Assembly (NCBI RefSeq): GCF_000315625.1
Contig: NW_005434661.1
Location: 892,345 to 956,344, forward strand
Source: Guillardia theta CCMP2712
Taxonomy: Eukaryota > Protista > Cryptophyta
DNA: 64,000 nt
Direction: 5' to 3'
A program made the position numbers and the translations under genes. The notes below the pieces were generated by a model. It was not told the origin of the DNA, searched no databases, and was given only the letters and a program-made list of their open reading frames with translations. This document shows positions 10,338-22,653 of the stretch, in pieces. Within the stretch, counting starts at the first letter, position 1. Every line of letters starts with the position of its first letter.

Positions 10338-13300
10338 GTGCAGGTCCCAACCTAGATCTCGTAAACTTATACATCTCAATCTTTGGATACACGAGGAGGA
10401 TTCACAGGACAAATGCCTAGATTTCAGGGACAACGAACTGTGTCTGGTTGTAGGTCTACGGAAGAAGAGATAGAAAGGACAAAATGTCAAAAGTTAAGAC
10501 GTGTACAAAGCGAACAAGTATAGAGAATGACAATTTGTATGTATCTCTGAATATAAAATGTTTGTTTTGCAATGTACAGATTTTCATTCTTGAGATATTC
10601 ATCCTCGAAACAGTTTGTCGCGGACAGATCGCCATTGCGATTTGAGAGACCGTTGAGATGAATCGTACAAGATGTTTCATTCTAGGCCTGGCCCTTTCTT
10701 CGTCTGCAAGTCTCTTTGCCCCTTGTGATGCCTGGGTCCTGTCATATCTGGGTCCCGTCATCGACGTGAACTCAGCTTCCGAGGCCAGCTGGTCTATGAG
10801 GATGGGTTTGGATCCTAGGTTCCAAAGCAGAGTACTTGCAAGCTGCTCAGCTGCCCGTGCGCGAGTACGAATCTTGGCCACAGGTGCTTCTCCTGATCGC
10901 GCTTCCGCATATTTGGAGGAGGCATGCCAGGTGCTGGGGGAGGAACCTCGGAGAGTCGGAAAGCGTTTGACGTGGCGATATGCATGCTCCAGTAACTCCC
11001 CAGATTCTAGAACCTTCTGCGAAAGGACTCATGGAGCATGAAAGCAGCTGCAGCTGCAGCAGTTGGAACGGGATAAAATGGATCTTTCCAATTACTACAA
11101 GCGCCAACTGTCCGCCACCGTATCTGGTTGAGAGGCTGTCTATGAAGGTATTGGATGTTGCATCCGTCGGCAAGGATAAGGCGGTCGAATCCGCGGTAGC
11201 AGAGTTGGTGCAGAGGGACTCGAACCTGATTAAGCGAGGGCGGATCTCCATGAGTGACATGAATCAGCTGCAGCTGAAGAGGAGAAGAGATTTTTCGGAG
11301 AGCTTGCACGGCTTTTCAGCAGGAGGGTAGACTAGTGCGGGAGAGCAAAATTTAGAGGAATCTACCGAGGACACCAATGAGCCATAAAACGAGGATGATG
11401 AATCTACTAGGCCATGTCTCCTGTGTAGGCTGCACGGGCAGCCTTGTGATGAACAGCATGTCTCCTGAAGAATCTGATTCTCCCAATGATATGCAGAATT
11501 ATGATGCAAGACAAGAACTTCAGCCAGCTGTTGTGATTGAGCAGCCTCGGGCAATATCGCCGCTCAAGGTCGACGACACTCTTGCCACGACCACCCCAAC
11601 GCCGGTTGGTTTTTCCGAAGGTTTGTGCAGCCATGCATCCTCAACACTTGAACATCTATGCAGACAACGAGGTGTTTGAGACGTGGCTTCGAAAAGAATA
11701 CAGGGGCACTGTGGACTTCACGATCCTCCGCCCGTTCGAGTTCAAGAAAGGGAAGGGCGGCAAATACGTCATGGCGGAGTCCTAAACCGCAGAGTCGACA
11801 GGCTGGAATTACAAGTCCATAGACGTGGATGTTGCAGATGCCATGTACGAGGTTTTCAAAAAGAACTTGTACCTGAAGAAGTATGTGGACGTCGGCAACA
11901 AGAAGGGCTAAACTTGCAATCACGGTGCAATGCAACGGTTGCCTTTTAACTGCAAGGAACTCCATGAATATGCAGATGCTTCTTTTGCTTTTGCTTTTCT
12001 ATACTAGTGCTTCACTCCACACCAGATGTAGCACAGACTTAGTATGGCTCCATAAAAAGATGTGCAAACGATACTTGTGATCTCTGAACCTGCATCCCAC
12101 TGACGAGTCCACGGCCACTTGAATGGAGCAAGTTGATGACACAGTAAGCAGGTTCACTTGTACCTCGTGTCGTTTGTCTATTAGTCCAGCACTCGTCTCC
12201 TCCTCTGTGCTTGCTCGCATGCCAAACGAAGTAATCCGCCTTTGGCTGAAGATTGAGCAAAGTCGATGCTTGGACGTGATGTCGCTGCCGGGAGATCTCA
12301 AAACTTTCTCTCCCTTCATCACCCTCCTAGTAGGCTGCTTCATCCTGAGGTCTGCAAGAATCGTGACCTATCCCTCCATGCCTCGGAACAACGCATGATT
12401 GACTCGTCACAGAGTCTGAAACCGTGATTGGAAACTAGCTAAAACGATGAGTCAGCCAAAGCCCTTCCAGCGGCTACCCCAGGGCCGACCACCATGCTGC
12501 ATCTCGGTTCCGAAGTTCCAGAAGCCTGATTGCATCCACTAAAGAGCAACAACTTCGGATGCTGTCTGCGATTCTTGCACAGCCGTGGGCGCTTCCTCGT
12601 TTGAGAACTTTCTGACGGTTCACTAATCTCAGCCGCTCGCCGCAAAGTTGCCAGCGTGCTCGCAGCCTATGTTCCGACACGATGGCAACCGGTGACTGTG
12701 CGACTGGCGCTCGGCACTGACCGCACGCTGTCTCCCGTTCCGGCGCCGGAATCGGACCTGGCGCCGGAACCGTTGAGCCGCTACGGTACCGTACGCCAAG
12801 GCCGCCACAGTGACCGTGAATAGACTTTATTTCAGATCAAACGGTCGCAAAGATGATTATCATCAATAAGCTACACAATATCCTAAACATGTACTTGATT
12901 CAAATGATACCTGTGCCACTCTGTGCATCGCATCCGGCATCATTCTTACAAAGCGGCCGAGCTCGGGGTCGGCCTGGCAGGCCCCACCGTGCCCCTCAGC
13001 CCCCCGCCCTGCGCGCACGCCCCGGCGATCCCGCGGTCCTCCTCCCTGAACGCCCCGGGCAGCACCCGCATGCCCCCCTTCGCGTACAGCGCCACCACCC
13101 GCCCGTCGCGGGACTCGGAAGGCGACGAAGGGCGCGGCGTCGCCCTCGCAGGCCCTCGCGATCCCGGACCGGGAGAGCCTGCGTCAAGCGCCCCGGCGGG
13201 GCGCTTGACTTTGATCTAAGCAGCTGCGCGATTCTGGCTACAGCAAGAACGTCCCCATCACGACCCGGGCCACATTACACGTCTTGATGGATTGTATGCA

Positions 13301-13394
13301 GTAGCGAAGTTAGAGCAGGTAGGTGATTGACTTCTGAGATAAGAGTATTTATAAGCAGAGTAAGGATAGGAAGATAACAGAGACTGAGAGGATA

Positions 13395-13522
13395 GGAGAA
13401 AGAAAAGATTAAGAGATAGTGAGAAAGGAAGAGAGAAGAGAGAGATAATGAGGAGAAAAGAAAGAGAGAGAAGAGAGGGGAAGAGAGAGAGAGAAGAGAG
13501 GGGAAGAGAGAGAGAAGAAGAC
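13395..13522 (+). repeat. GA-rich low-complexity tract with a ~20-bp tandem unit
   Basis: gaagagagagagaagagagg repeated about three times. Confidence 0.8.
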
Positions 13523-14347
13523 AAGACCCCCTGCTTATATACAGATAACCAGGGGTATTGTCCGCCCCGAGGATGCTTCCTCTGGTCATTCCATCGAATA
13601 GTCTGAATGGAGTACCGTACCGTTCCAGAACAGTTACAATTTCTCAGTGTTTGGGCTCGGCAAGTCTGGGCTCTATATAAGATCCATGTGATCCGTCGCC
13701 CCCCTGAGACCAGACATGGTAGAGTCCCTAGTCAGGTGAGAATAACAAAGTAACCACTTTCCACTAGTCGGGCGGCTGAAAGTAGATTCACCATGAAGTC
13801 TGGCGAGAAAAATCCTGATAGATCTGACTCAGGAAGAAAAGGAAGCCTTGCTGTGACAGAGAATATGTCAGCTCTCTGTCTACGAGTTGGGAGCACAGTC
13901 TGGTTTTGTGTACTGCCAAGAATGGTATTAACTTGCAACTCCAGAGGTTCAGAATTAAGTCTGCAATCAAATCCATTGCATCAGTGAGTGTCTCGGCATT
14001 CACAATCTCATCAGTTCTGCCAGCCACTGCTGAACTACATCTCGAGTCCAGTCCTTGAATGAGTAGAGTAATCAAGTTATCCTGGTGACCAACACCCTGA
14101 GCGCGATCGCTCTGATCACAGGGATGATCATCCAGCAAGCCCCTGCAACGATCAACGTCATCCATCGCGCCATGCATGAGCCGGACCACGACCCGCTGAA
14201 GTCTGTGAGCAATTGCTTCTCTGTATTCTCCTACGTGTGCATAGCCTCATCGATGGTCTCCTTCCTCCTCTTCACCTGCACCCTCAAGCAGGTGCCGGAC
14301 GACATCTGCACAAAGATGATGGCCCCACGCGTGGACCGCATCGTGAT

Positions 14348-15101
14348 CTACAAGGCGGCGCCCTTCGCCTTCTTCGTCGCCTTCGTCGTGCTGAACATGA
14401 CGTCGTCAGGGAAATCGCTCATCATCCTGAAGATGACAAACTTCGCCAGGAAGTTCTTGTAGTCAGCCCTGGTGGCATAGAGAGACACGCCGTTCTCCCT
14501 CAGCTTCTCGAATTTCTCCCTGTCAAACACGAGGTTGACGTAGACGTTGGCCGTACCCCTCCCTTGGAATGTGTCAAAGACCATATTGTCCAGCCCATTC
14601 TGCACCCTGTCCAGATAGAAATTGGTGAAGATCTCGTGGAACAGGAGATTCTTCACATAGAATACATGCCGGATCTCGTTGACGTAATCTCTGCACATCA
14701 TATTGTCACAGAGGCGGAGCACCTCATCCAGGCGACTGCGCAGGCGGTCGAGAACGGGGGTCTGCTTAAAGACAAAGTCGATCGTGTAGTGGCTGCACTG
14801 AGACGTTCAGCATCTTGGAGAGATGCGTCCTTATGCTGTTCGTATTGCTCAGATCCGTAGTGGGCCTCAGACGGCGGAAGGAGGGCAACAGTTCCCCCAC
14901 CGTCTTCAGGCTGGGGAGGTAGGTAGCATCCGTGAACAGCTTGGCTCTCATGAAACGCTCCTCGTTGATCGCATGATACAACCGATCCCTCACGTTGCAG
15001 GTAGAAAGCGTGTTGATCGCGTGGTAACCCATCGTGCCCTGCATATTCAACGATTCCATGACCCGCAGCATGCTGCTGAGAGTCAGGATGACGATATTCA
15101 T
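14348..15101 (-). pseudogene. Frameshifted intronless orphan gene (14766-15101 continuing into 14348-~14765)
   Basis: Two adjacent minus-strand ORFs with globular-protein composition; no motif recognised. Confidence 0.35.
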
Positions 15102-15503
15102 CGAACACGGTGGTGTTCATGGGATGGGACACCGTACAACAGGTCACAGGGGCATCCTTCCGCCAGATATCGCTCTTCCTCCTCACCGTGCACCCCGCTC
15201 TTCAACGGAGCGGCGGTCGTCATCTTCATATCCTCCTGCATGCAAGACAAGCGGGTGGAGACGGCGAGCATACTGGCATTCATCCTCTTCTGCAAGGAGG
15301 CGCCGCACAACCATCGCGACGACAACTTGAAGAACATACTGCAGGGGATCGTGTCCGGGCTGGTCTTCTCCCTGCTCTCCCTCCTCGTATGCATCATGAA
15401 ACACACCAAGTGTATCCGTTTCCTGGTGTTTTCTTGAGGCGGGTTTGTAGGTTTTCTCCTTTTCCTCCTTGTTTGCTCCGGTTTGCATTTCCATTTTCTG
15501 TCA

Positions 15504-15905
15504 ATGAATTTAATTTCTAAGCGAATGATGTATCTGGATGACGATTTTATGAAGGTTATGGTTGTATTTACATATCAAGTTCTTATCAAAATAGATAGAA
15601 TGTATCCAGCTGCAAATATAATGGGAAGCTTAAAGAAGATAGCTTCAATCTTATACAATACAAACAAAAAGACAGTATATGATATATTTGACAAAACTGA
15701 ATATGTATGGATCATATCTGCCTTCATAAATCCACACATAGTATATCCAATAATGGAACATTATAACTCTAGCTATAACAATATCGAAATCAATGGCATT
15801 AAATATGATGGTTTATCTGATGAACTATTCAAACTCTTCAAAGCAAAGAGTTATACTCAACCAAATTTCGACCTAGGTTTGAAGTATTATTGGCTAAATA
15901 CTTGA
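15504..15905 (+). CDS. AT-rich orphan ORF, possibly virus-derived
   Basis: Abrupt shift to low GC; open frame rich in I/Y/N/K; no motif recognised. Confidence 0.45.
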   Translation: MNLISKRMMYLDDDFMKVMVVFTYQVLIKIDRMYPAANIMGSLKKIASILYNTNKKTVYDIFDKTEYVWIISAFINPHIVYPIMEHYNSSYNNIEINGIKYDGLSDELFKLFKAKSYTQPNFDLGLKYYWLNT

Positions 15906-16492
15906 TAGGATAAGAAATCCTAACATAACACTAGAGCCTAAAATAAAACCTAAACAGAAAGGTGGTGTTATACCTTTCAAAAAGATATTTGAAAAAGGAG
16001 TGAATGCAATAAAAGAGATCCCTAAAAAGCTAACACATAATTCCGATCTAGAACTTGAAAGAATGTTACAGAGAATATATTTGATTATTCACATAGGAAA
16101 TAGAAAACCGTTGAACGGTTTCTTTGACTGGATCGAGGAGATTCCGGGCCCTGGTCGAACCGTTGAACAGACAAGGCAACAAAGAATTTGACATTAGTGC
16201 CCGGAATCACAGAAGAATCAGACTGGCTAGCAGCCTGAGAACTCGGAAAGTACGGCCCGACACTTTGCTCTCAAACCGTTAATTCAGTCCGATCCTTCCA
16301 ACCCAGTGGGGTGGTGCTACTACAAGAGGTAAGGGCCTTCCCGGCGGAAAAACTGGCCTCACTGATGAACCGTGATCAGCGGCTTGAAGGCTCAGGAAGG
16401 CCCGGGAACTGGGCCTGAGATCGGACGCGCAGCTCTAAAATTGATTGTCGTCGTACTGATTTTTAACTTAACTTTGAGTAAAGACCGATGAG

Positions 16493-18652
16493 ATGGCGCC
16501 TGCCTCCGCTGTGCCGGTACCTGCCATGCGTGGTTTGCTTGTCCTCTTCGCATGCTTCAAGAGACCGGCAAACGTGCAGTTCGCTGATGGGAGGGAGCTG
16601 GACGGAAGCTTTTGTGGGGCCTTCGAGGTTGCTAGATCTTTGACACCTTTGACATGTTTGAGCGGAGGATTCCAAACAAGGTCTGCACAAACTTTGCTAG
16701 ACAACCCTGAGAGTGACCTACGGAATATTGGTAATGTCCGAGAATGTCTCACTCTGCGCGGAGGAGATGAGAGCTCCGAAAAGGGGGTAGAGAAAGAGAT
16801 CAAGGGGTTACAGAAGGAGATCAAGAGTGTAAAGAAAGAGATCAAGAGTGTAGAGAAAGAGATCAAGAGTGTAGAGAACGATATTCAGGTTGTAGAGAAA
16901 GAGATCAAGAGTGTAGGGCAACAGGATCCGAGGAGGCATGCAGAACTTCGTGAAGACAAGGAGCAGCTTCGCAAGAAGGAGGAGCAGCTTCGCAAGAAGG
17001 AGGAGCAGCTTCGCAAGAAAGAGGAGCAGCTTCGACAGCTGCTTTTATTCAGAGAGGGCAGCCTTCAGAAGAGTCCCTTGTCGGGAGCGAGCATTGCTTG
17101 GACAGAGTCAGATGCTGGGCTTGATCGCGTCGGCTTGTGCAATGACAAGAAATACTTCCGTGTAGATACCTCTTACTTGATGGTGATCGGCGATGGGAAC
17201 AGCCGACAAGAGCGTCTGCTCTATTGCCGAGAAGCCTTCTTGAAGCAGCATACTTTCCTGAGAGAGCGGGTGCTGGACAGGGGTGCCCTTGGGTGGATAA
17301 TGGGCTCGCCAGGGACAGGAAAGACGACGGCGACGTTATCCTTCTTGTTGATGCTGGACATGAACGAATGGAGTGTGACATTCATCAGGCTGAATGCTGT
17401 AGCAGACGGCTTTTGTGTTCAGGTCGCAGGTAGTACGAGACGAACATGCGTAATCGAGAGGATAACTGCCGGGAAGCTGGTGGAGACGTTGCTCAGAGAA
17501 TGGTCCAACGGCAACAGGCGTTTCGTTGTACTGGATGGGTTCTTAGGACACCAACCAAATCATTGGGAAGCCTTTGATGCATGCAGAAGGTGGCGTGACA
17601 TCGACAGAAGCAATCGACGGTTGGTGGTGGTGACATCCATGGCTTCTAGGGACAAAATTTACTATCACGAGGATAAGCTGCTGCAGTTGGAAGAGCATCT
17701 CGTCGTCTCCTGGACCATTGATGAATACTTGCAGGCAGTGCAGTCAGACGAGTTTTATGAGGAAGTAGAATCCATGTTGGAGATGGATCTGGGTCTGCTG
17801 GATCTGAGCAGATTGGGTATCAAGAAGATGCAGTTGGGTAGGTCGAAAGAAGCGCGGGTCAGGCAGAAGCATTACCTCGCTGGTGGGTCGTGTCGGCACA
17901 TGTTCGAAATGAGCGCGTACGATGTGGTTAAGTTTATCCATCAAGCGTTTCGGAGTGTTCCAGATCTGGAGCTTATCTTCAGGGGCAACATAGGCGCTTC
18001 TTCGACGCAGTTGGTCAATCGCTTGATAGCAACTTTCGCGATCGACGGTGAGGTAAGGTGGTTGCCAGCAAGCGAGTATATTTCCTGGAAGCTTATGCAC
18101 GAAATTGAAGCAGAGGAGTTGAAGAGAGTTTTTTCCAAATACAGCATATCCAATGCGGCAGTGAAGGGATGCTTATTCGAGATGATCTTTTTCAAGGAGG
18201 TGCAACGGGGCTTGAGATTGACTTACCGCAGATCACATAACAGACCACGTGAGGCTCGGCCTTGGAAAGGACATAGCGTCGTGTTCTTTGATCCGCTGCA
18301 AGGCAATCATTCTCTCCCTCGCACTGCAGTATGCTTTAGGCCGATCAGCGAGCTTCAGGGAGGATACGATGCATTGATCGTAGACAAGAATGCCAAGAAG
18401 GCAGTGTTTGTTCAGGTAACCGTGAGAGAGAAGCATGCTCTGAAGCTTTCTTTCTTCCTGGATGCTCTCACGGCCCTCGGCATTCCTCCAGGTCGTGCAT
18501 GGAAGGTGGAGATCATCTTCCTCATCCCGAATCAGAGGATGCCGGTGTTCCGGATAAGCCCTGTCGAAGACTGTGGGGCGCTGGAGGGATATGGATGGAA
18601 GAAAGGCGAGGAGAAGAAGAAGGCGAAGGTTGCGTTTCCACCTTTGAACTGA
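16493..18652 (+). CDS. Crinkler-like effector family 1, second copy
   Basis: 719 aa, nearly identical to 3020-5200, with one fewer 7-aa EQLR repeat. Confidence 0.8.
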   Translation: MAPASAVPVPAMRGLLVLFACFKRPANVQFADGRELDGSFCGAFEVARSLTPLTCLSGGFQTRSAQTLLDNPESDLRNIGNVRECLTLRGGDESSEKGVEKEIKGLQKEIKSVKKEIKSVEKEIKSVENDIQVVEKEIKSVGQQDPRRHAELREDKEQLRKKEEQLRKKEEQLRKKEEQLRQLLLFREGSLQKSPLSGASIAWTESDAGLDRVGLCNDKKYFRVDTSYLMVIGDGNSRQERLLYCREAFLKQHTFLRERVLDRGALGWIMGSPGTGKTTATLSFLLMLDMNEWSVTFIRLNAVADGFCVQVAGSTRRTCVIERITAGKLVETLLREWSNGNRRFVVLDGFLGHQPNHWEAFDACRRWRDIDRSNRRLVVVTSMASRDKIYYHEDKLLQLEEHLVVSWTIDEYLQAVQSDEFYEEVESMLEMDLGLLDLSRLGIKKMQLGRSKEARVRQKHYLAGGSCRHMFEMSAYDVVKFIHQAFRSVPDLELIFRGNIGASSTQLVNRLIATFAIDGEVRWLPASEYISWKLMHEIEAEELKRVFSKYSISNAAVKGCLFEMIFFKEVQRGLRLTYRRSHNRPREARPWKGHSVVFFDPLQGNHSLPRTAVCFRPISELQGGYDALIVDKNAKKAVFVQVTVREKHALKLSFFLDALTALGIPPGRAWKVEIIFLIPNQRMPVFRISPVEDCGALEGYGWKKGEEKKKAKVAFPPLN

Positions 18653-19153
18653 GGAGGAGTCCAAGCAGAGTAGAGTAATGCTTTGAGATTTCATTGATAC
18701 AAAAACAGAGAGATACAAGACGACTCATGGAGGGTCCCGGAGGCGCTCTTTCACGCCTCCCACACTGCAAGGATCTTTTCATTTCAGAATGGTGCTGGGC
18801 GCTCCGCCAGCCACCACACTTCTTTGATGACATGGCTTGATATAGCAAGGCATCTCGGTGTACAACGAGGAAACACTGCTCAATCCCTCCAAGAGTTTTC
18901 TCGTTGCCGCAGTATTCGGGCTAATCCCATCCTTGTCAAATACGTGTGACACGCTGAAATCCAGGATTAACCCGTGCCATCGGCCTAGTGCCAGGAACGC
19001 CTTGCAGGTGACGCGGCATCTCACTCCTAACTTAAATCTTTGATCAGTGTACTCCATAACGGGCTGCGGTGCCCAGTGACCGGACCTGGCTCGGAGCAAA
19101 GTGAAAGCCTCGCCAAACAAGGAAACGGCAGCCTTGGACGGTCTGTCGGCCTC

Positions 19154-19526
19154 ACTACCTGCGACCTGAACACAAAAGCCGTCTGCTACAGCATTCAGCC
19201 TGACAAGAAGGATAACGTCGCCGTCAGTGCCCTCGGTCAAGCACCCGCTCTCTCAGGAAAGTATGCTGCTTCAAGAAGGCTTCTCGGCAATAGAGCAGAC
19301 GCTCTTGTCTGCTGTTCCCATCGCCGACCACCATCAAGTAAGAGGTATCTACACGGAAGTATTTCTTGTCATTGCACAAGCCGACGCGATCAAGCCCAGC
19401 ATCTGACTCTGGCTGCTTCTTGTCTTTGCGAAGCTGCTCCTCTTTTGTGCGAAGCTGCTCCTTGTCTTCACGAAGTTCTGCATGCCTCCTCGGATCCTCT
19501 ACACTCTTGATCTCTTTCTCTACCCG
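19154..19526 (-). pseudogene. Condensed family-1 fragment, duplicate of 2146-2518
   Basis: Mirror image within the inverted duplication. Confidence 0.85.
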
Positions 19527-20533
19527 GCCGCCTCAGATTAGGGGCCTTGCGGACCTTAGGAAGCTGTCCCTGTCGTATAACCTGCGACGTTGTAATATAA
19601 GAAAAAAAGCAATAGAGTCACATATAGTAGCTCTACGTTTATCCTAGTTTGGGTCAAGAGAGTAATTTGATATTTGTTCTGCGCGATGTTCACTTCTCAG
19701 ACGCGTTAGTATTTGCCCCCCAGCTATCAATCAACTGAAAATAGCTTGATACAACAACGCTGCTTGTTCAGTTCTTCATTGGATTGGAGGAGCGAGTTTG
19801 GTTGTGGGTATGCGCAAGATTAGTAAACTTGACCGTGTTGTGCATTGGATGATCGATTGATCTGGTAACTGATGAGTTGCCACGATGATTGCGGCTTCTT
19901 CTTCGTCGGGATACTGCAAGTGTAGCATCACGACTGAAGGAAGGCGTGTTTGTAAATCCGAACAAAACAAGTGAGCACGATTAATGCGGACGTACCCGTG
20001 CGCATCAGGCGTTGTTGTAGGCGCATGTTATGCCTTGCAGCCAATTCCATCTTTGCCATCGCCTGGTTGTGACTTGCTCGTTCACTACGATGAGCAAGAA
20101 GATCGCGTACACGATTTCTCTACCTCGATCACGCATATTAGGCGCAAGGTATGATGGGATGTGGGTGTATGGCCTGGATCAAATCAATTTCTACTAGGAC
20201 ACGCAGCTCCCAGCGGTCGATGATCTCTGGCTCTATATTGTGCTCCTCGTCTTGTTCATCACAGGGCAAGTGGCAGGCTGACGTAGGCCAAACATTTTGC
20301 ACACAGATGCGTGACTCTATCATCAAGGCCTCAGGGTGAAGGTTCAAAATGACTCAGCTACGAGGGAAAATTCCTGAGCTACATGCTGCAATGACGCAGC
20401 TATCTCATCCTACCATCGGTACTTGTGACGCAAGTGGGACTCCATTGCCAGTTTTTGAACAGGCAATCGAACAAGAAAACATTCCATCCGCTTGTCTTTT
20501 TTGTTTTTACCATCCAAACTCGAGCTCACTCTA

Positions 20534-20704
20534 TGTTGTATTCTGGACTCATACCGGACGCCCCTTGGACGTAGCGTAGGGAAATAGGATGACGATGCAG
20601 ATTCCTGCAGTGGTGCTGCTGATCTGATGAGTGTGTGTGCTTAATAAACAGAGATCCTAAGATCATCTGAGCTCAACGTCTTACGCAAGGTTGTGTATAC
20701 AACA
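20534..20704 (+). repeat. 171-bp 5' LTR (family A)
   Basis: 7-bp terminal inverted repeats, internal AATAAA, four copies in the window. Confidence 0.95.
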
Positions 20705-20754
20705 TATGGTAGCGAATTGGTTCACATTCCAGCACTGATTCAGAATCTCAAAGG

Positions 20755-22653
20755 ATGATTTCAGCAAAGAAAGCAAGCAAACTATCAGTATTGAAAGTGA
20801 GAAAATCGCGTAAGGCTCAGACCAGTGAACGAAGGATTCCGAAATCTACGGAACAAGTCTCTGATTCAACTTCGATCCACCCAAATGTTGGAGCTCAACA
20901 GTTTCAATTCCCCCGTCCTTTTTCTGCAACGAAAGATGATGATTCAATTATGCAAGATCGACCACAGCAGGATTCCCATCCGGCTTCTGGTGCTCGCCCA
21001 TTCTTTTTCACGCCAGTACCAGCCCCGTCTATCTTCGGACAGGAGTCTCCGGCTCCGCATGCTTCCCGTCCTTCCGCTTTTGGTGCTTTTTCTCCGCGTA
21101 CCCCTGCCGCAGAGCCCATCCCTGCGATGTCTTCGGGTCGGAATGCCCCTGCCGCAGAGCCCATTTCTGCGATGTCTTCAGGTCGAGATTCTCCTGCCAC
21201 CAACGACAAGGAACCATCTCTTCGTCAACTTTTTGCTTTACTCCTGCAACAGAACGCAGATGCCCAGCAACGTCAAGAAGCACTTGAACGCAAGCTGGAT
21301 CGTCAATTTGAGCAATCTCAGGAATTCAATGATCGTCTACTTGCTCAATCCTACGAACTTCAAGACCGTCTGGTTTCCGCCCTTTCAACCTCTGTGGCAG
21401 CAATCCAGCGCTTGAAGCCCCTCCCAGCACCGTCTAGCGCGCAGACGTCTCCGCGCATGGCGAGTTCTCCCTCCCCTCCCAGCCCTCGGCTGATGCAGAC
21501 GCATGTCATCCCGGTTGAGTCAGACCCTTCGTCGATTCCCGAAGCTCCCCCTCCAGTTTCTCTCTTACCAGAGCGACTGATGACTCCGTTGCCAGGTATT
21601 CGTGCTTCTAACATGCAGCAGAATCCCTCTCGTGACGCGTGCATGTCGCTGATTCCTCAGCCCACGCCCGTCCGTCCTTCTCAACCTTTCCCTGGTGACA
21701 AACTCCCAAAATTTCAGCCCAGAACGTCCATCACCCCCTTTCTCGGTCAGGCTGACTCTCGAAGCATTCACAGCTGGCTCTCTCAGATGGGACGCGCTCT
21801 GTCTGTTCAACGCATTCCCGGCAACCTGTGGGTTTACTATACAACGACATTTCTTGATGACTCTGTTCTTCAACGCATGTCTCACGATCGTCCTCTTGAC
21901 GAATGGTTTCTTCTTCCCTGGTCGGAATTCTGTCTTTTCATCACGCAGCAATTTCCTCCCGCGGCTCACATCGCCAAACTACAGCACCAAGTGACCAATC
22001 TCTGTCAAGGCGTCAACGAATCGATCACTGATTATACTCTTCGGACGCAACGTTATGTTGACGAACTCTTACTCTACAAATCTGAAACTGTCGTATTTCA
22101 AGAGCACAATCTTCTTCAACAATTCGCCAACGGATTTCTCGACCCGGAAGTTCGACTCGTCATGGTCCCCATAGCGCACATGCATCCTGCTACAGCGGCC
22201 ACGATGTCCCTTCTAGCACAGAAAGCTTTCGCCTTCGTCAAACCGTCTTCTTTGGTTCCGGCTCCACAGCCTATTTGTGCCCTTCAACCCTCTCAGTCGA
22301 CGCCAGGAGTTCAGCCCTCCCCAGCTCCCGCGCAGTCCTCCGGTTCTCCCCCAAATTATTTCTGCACGTACTGCAAACGTTCTGGACACACGTTGAAGTA
22401 CTGCCGCAAGAAAAAGCAAGCTGATCGCAATGCTTCTTCCGCCGTGACACAGCCCTCCCATCCTCCAGCGAGTCAAGCCGCCATCGTCAATGCCATCACG
22501 GCTCTCCTTCAGAATGGTGCTCCAGCTCCTAACCCGGGCTCTCCCGTCACGCATTCCCCTGCAGTCGCATCCGCTTCTGCTCCTCCTGGGACAGTCTCTT
22601 CGTCCTCGTCAGCAAGAGCTCAGCCTCCTGCTGATCCCCCGCCTCAGGAATAG
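20755..22653 (+). CDS. gag: Gag (family A)
   Basis: 632 aa downstream of the PBS; LCQGVNESITDY capsid-type motif, zinc knuckle CTYCKRSGHTLKYC. Confidence 0.9.
   Translation: MISAKKASKLSVLKVRKSRKAQTSERRIPKSTEQVSDSTSIHPNVGAQQFQFPRPFSATKDDDSIMQDRPQQDSHPASGARPFFFTPVPAPSIFGQESPAPHASRPSAFGAFSPRTPAAEPIPAMSSGRNAPAAEPISAMSSGRDSPATNDKEPSLRQLFALLLQQNADAQQRQEALERKLDRQFEQSQEFNDRLLAQSYELQDRLVSALSTSVAAIQRLKPLPAPSSAQTSPRMASSPSPPSPRLMQTHVIPVESDPSSIPEAPPPVSLLPERLMTPLPGIRASNMQQNPSRDACMSLIPQPTPVRPSQPFPGDKLPKFQPRTSITPFLGQADSRSIHSWLSQMGRALSVQRIPGNLWVYYTTTFLDDSVLQRMSHDRPLDEWFLLPWSEFCLFITQQFPPAAHIAKLQHQVTNLCQGVNESITDYTLRTQRYVDELLLYKSETVVFQEHNLLQQFANGFLDPEVRLVMVPIAHMHPATAATMSLLAQKAFAFVKPSSLVPAPQPICALQPSQSTPGVQPSPAPAQSSGSPPNYFCTYCKRSGHTLKYCRKKKQADRNASSAVTQPSHPPASQAAIVNAITALLQNGAPAPNPGSPVTHSPAVASASAPPGTVSSSSSARAQPPADPPPQE

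Larger units (their letters stand above)
6434..13039 (+). repeat. First copy of ~6.6 kb direct segmental duplication (partner 44887-51485)
   Basis: Near-identical ORF series at offset 38531 after the repeat tract; the partner has a ~90-bp deletion near 50308. Confidence 0.95.
16254..20533 (+). repeat. Right arm of the inverted duplication; interrupted by the LTR element and resuming at 23939-23964
   Basis: Reverse complement of ~1120-5439. Confidence 0.95.

Noticed and set aside
12123-12398. F-box-like motif LARMPNEVIRL
   Set aside because: Too short and without supporting context
13395-13522. GA-rich tract as a nucleomorph-type telomere repeat
   Set aside because: Only general GA richness; the unit is not a convincing match and the tract is short
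20555-20704. Small ORFs within or crossing LTRs (e.g. 23712-23900, 27732-27974)
   Set aside because: Incidental frames in LTR sequence
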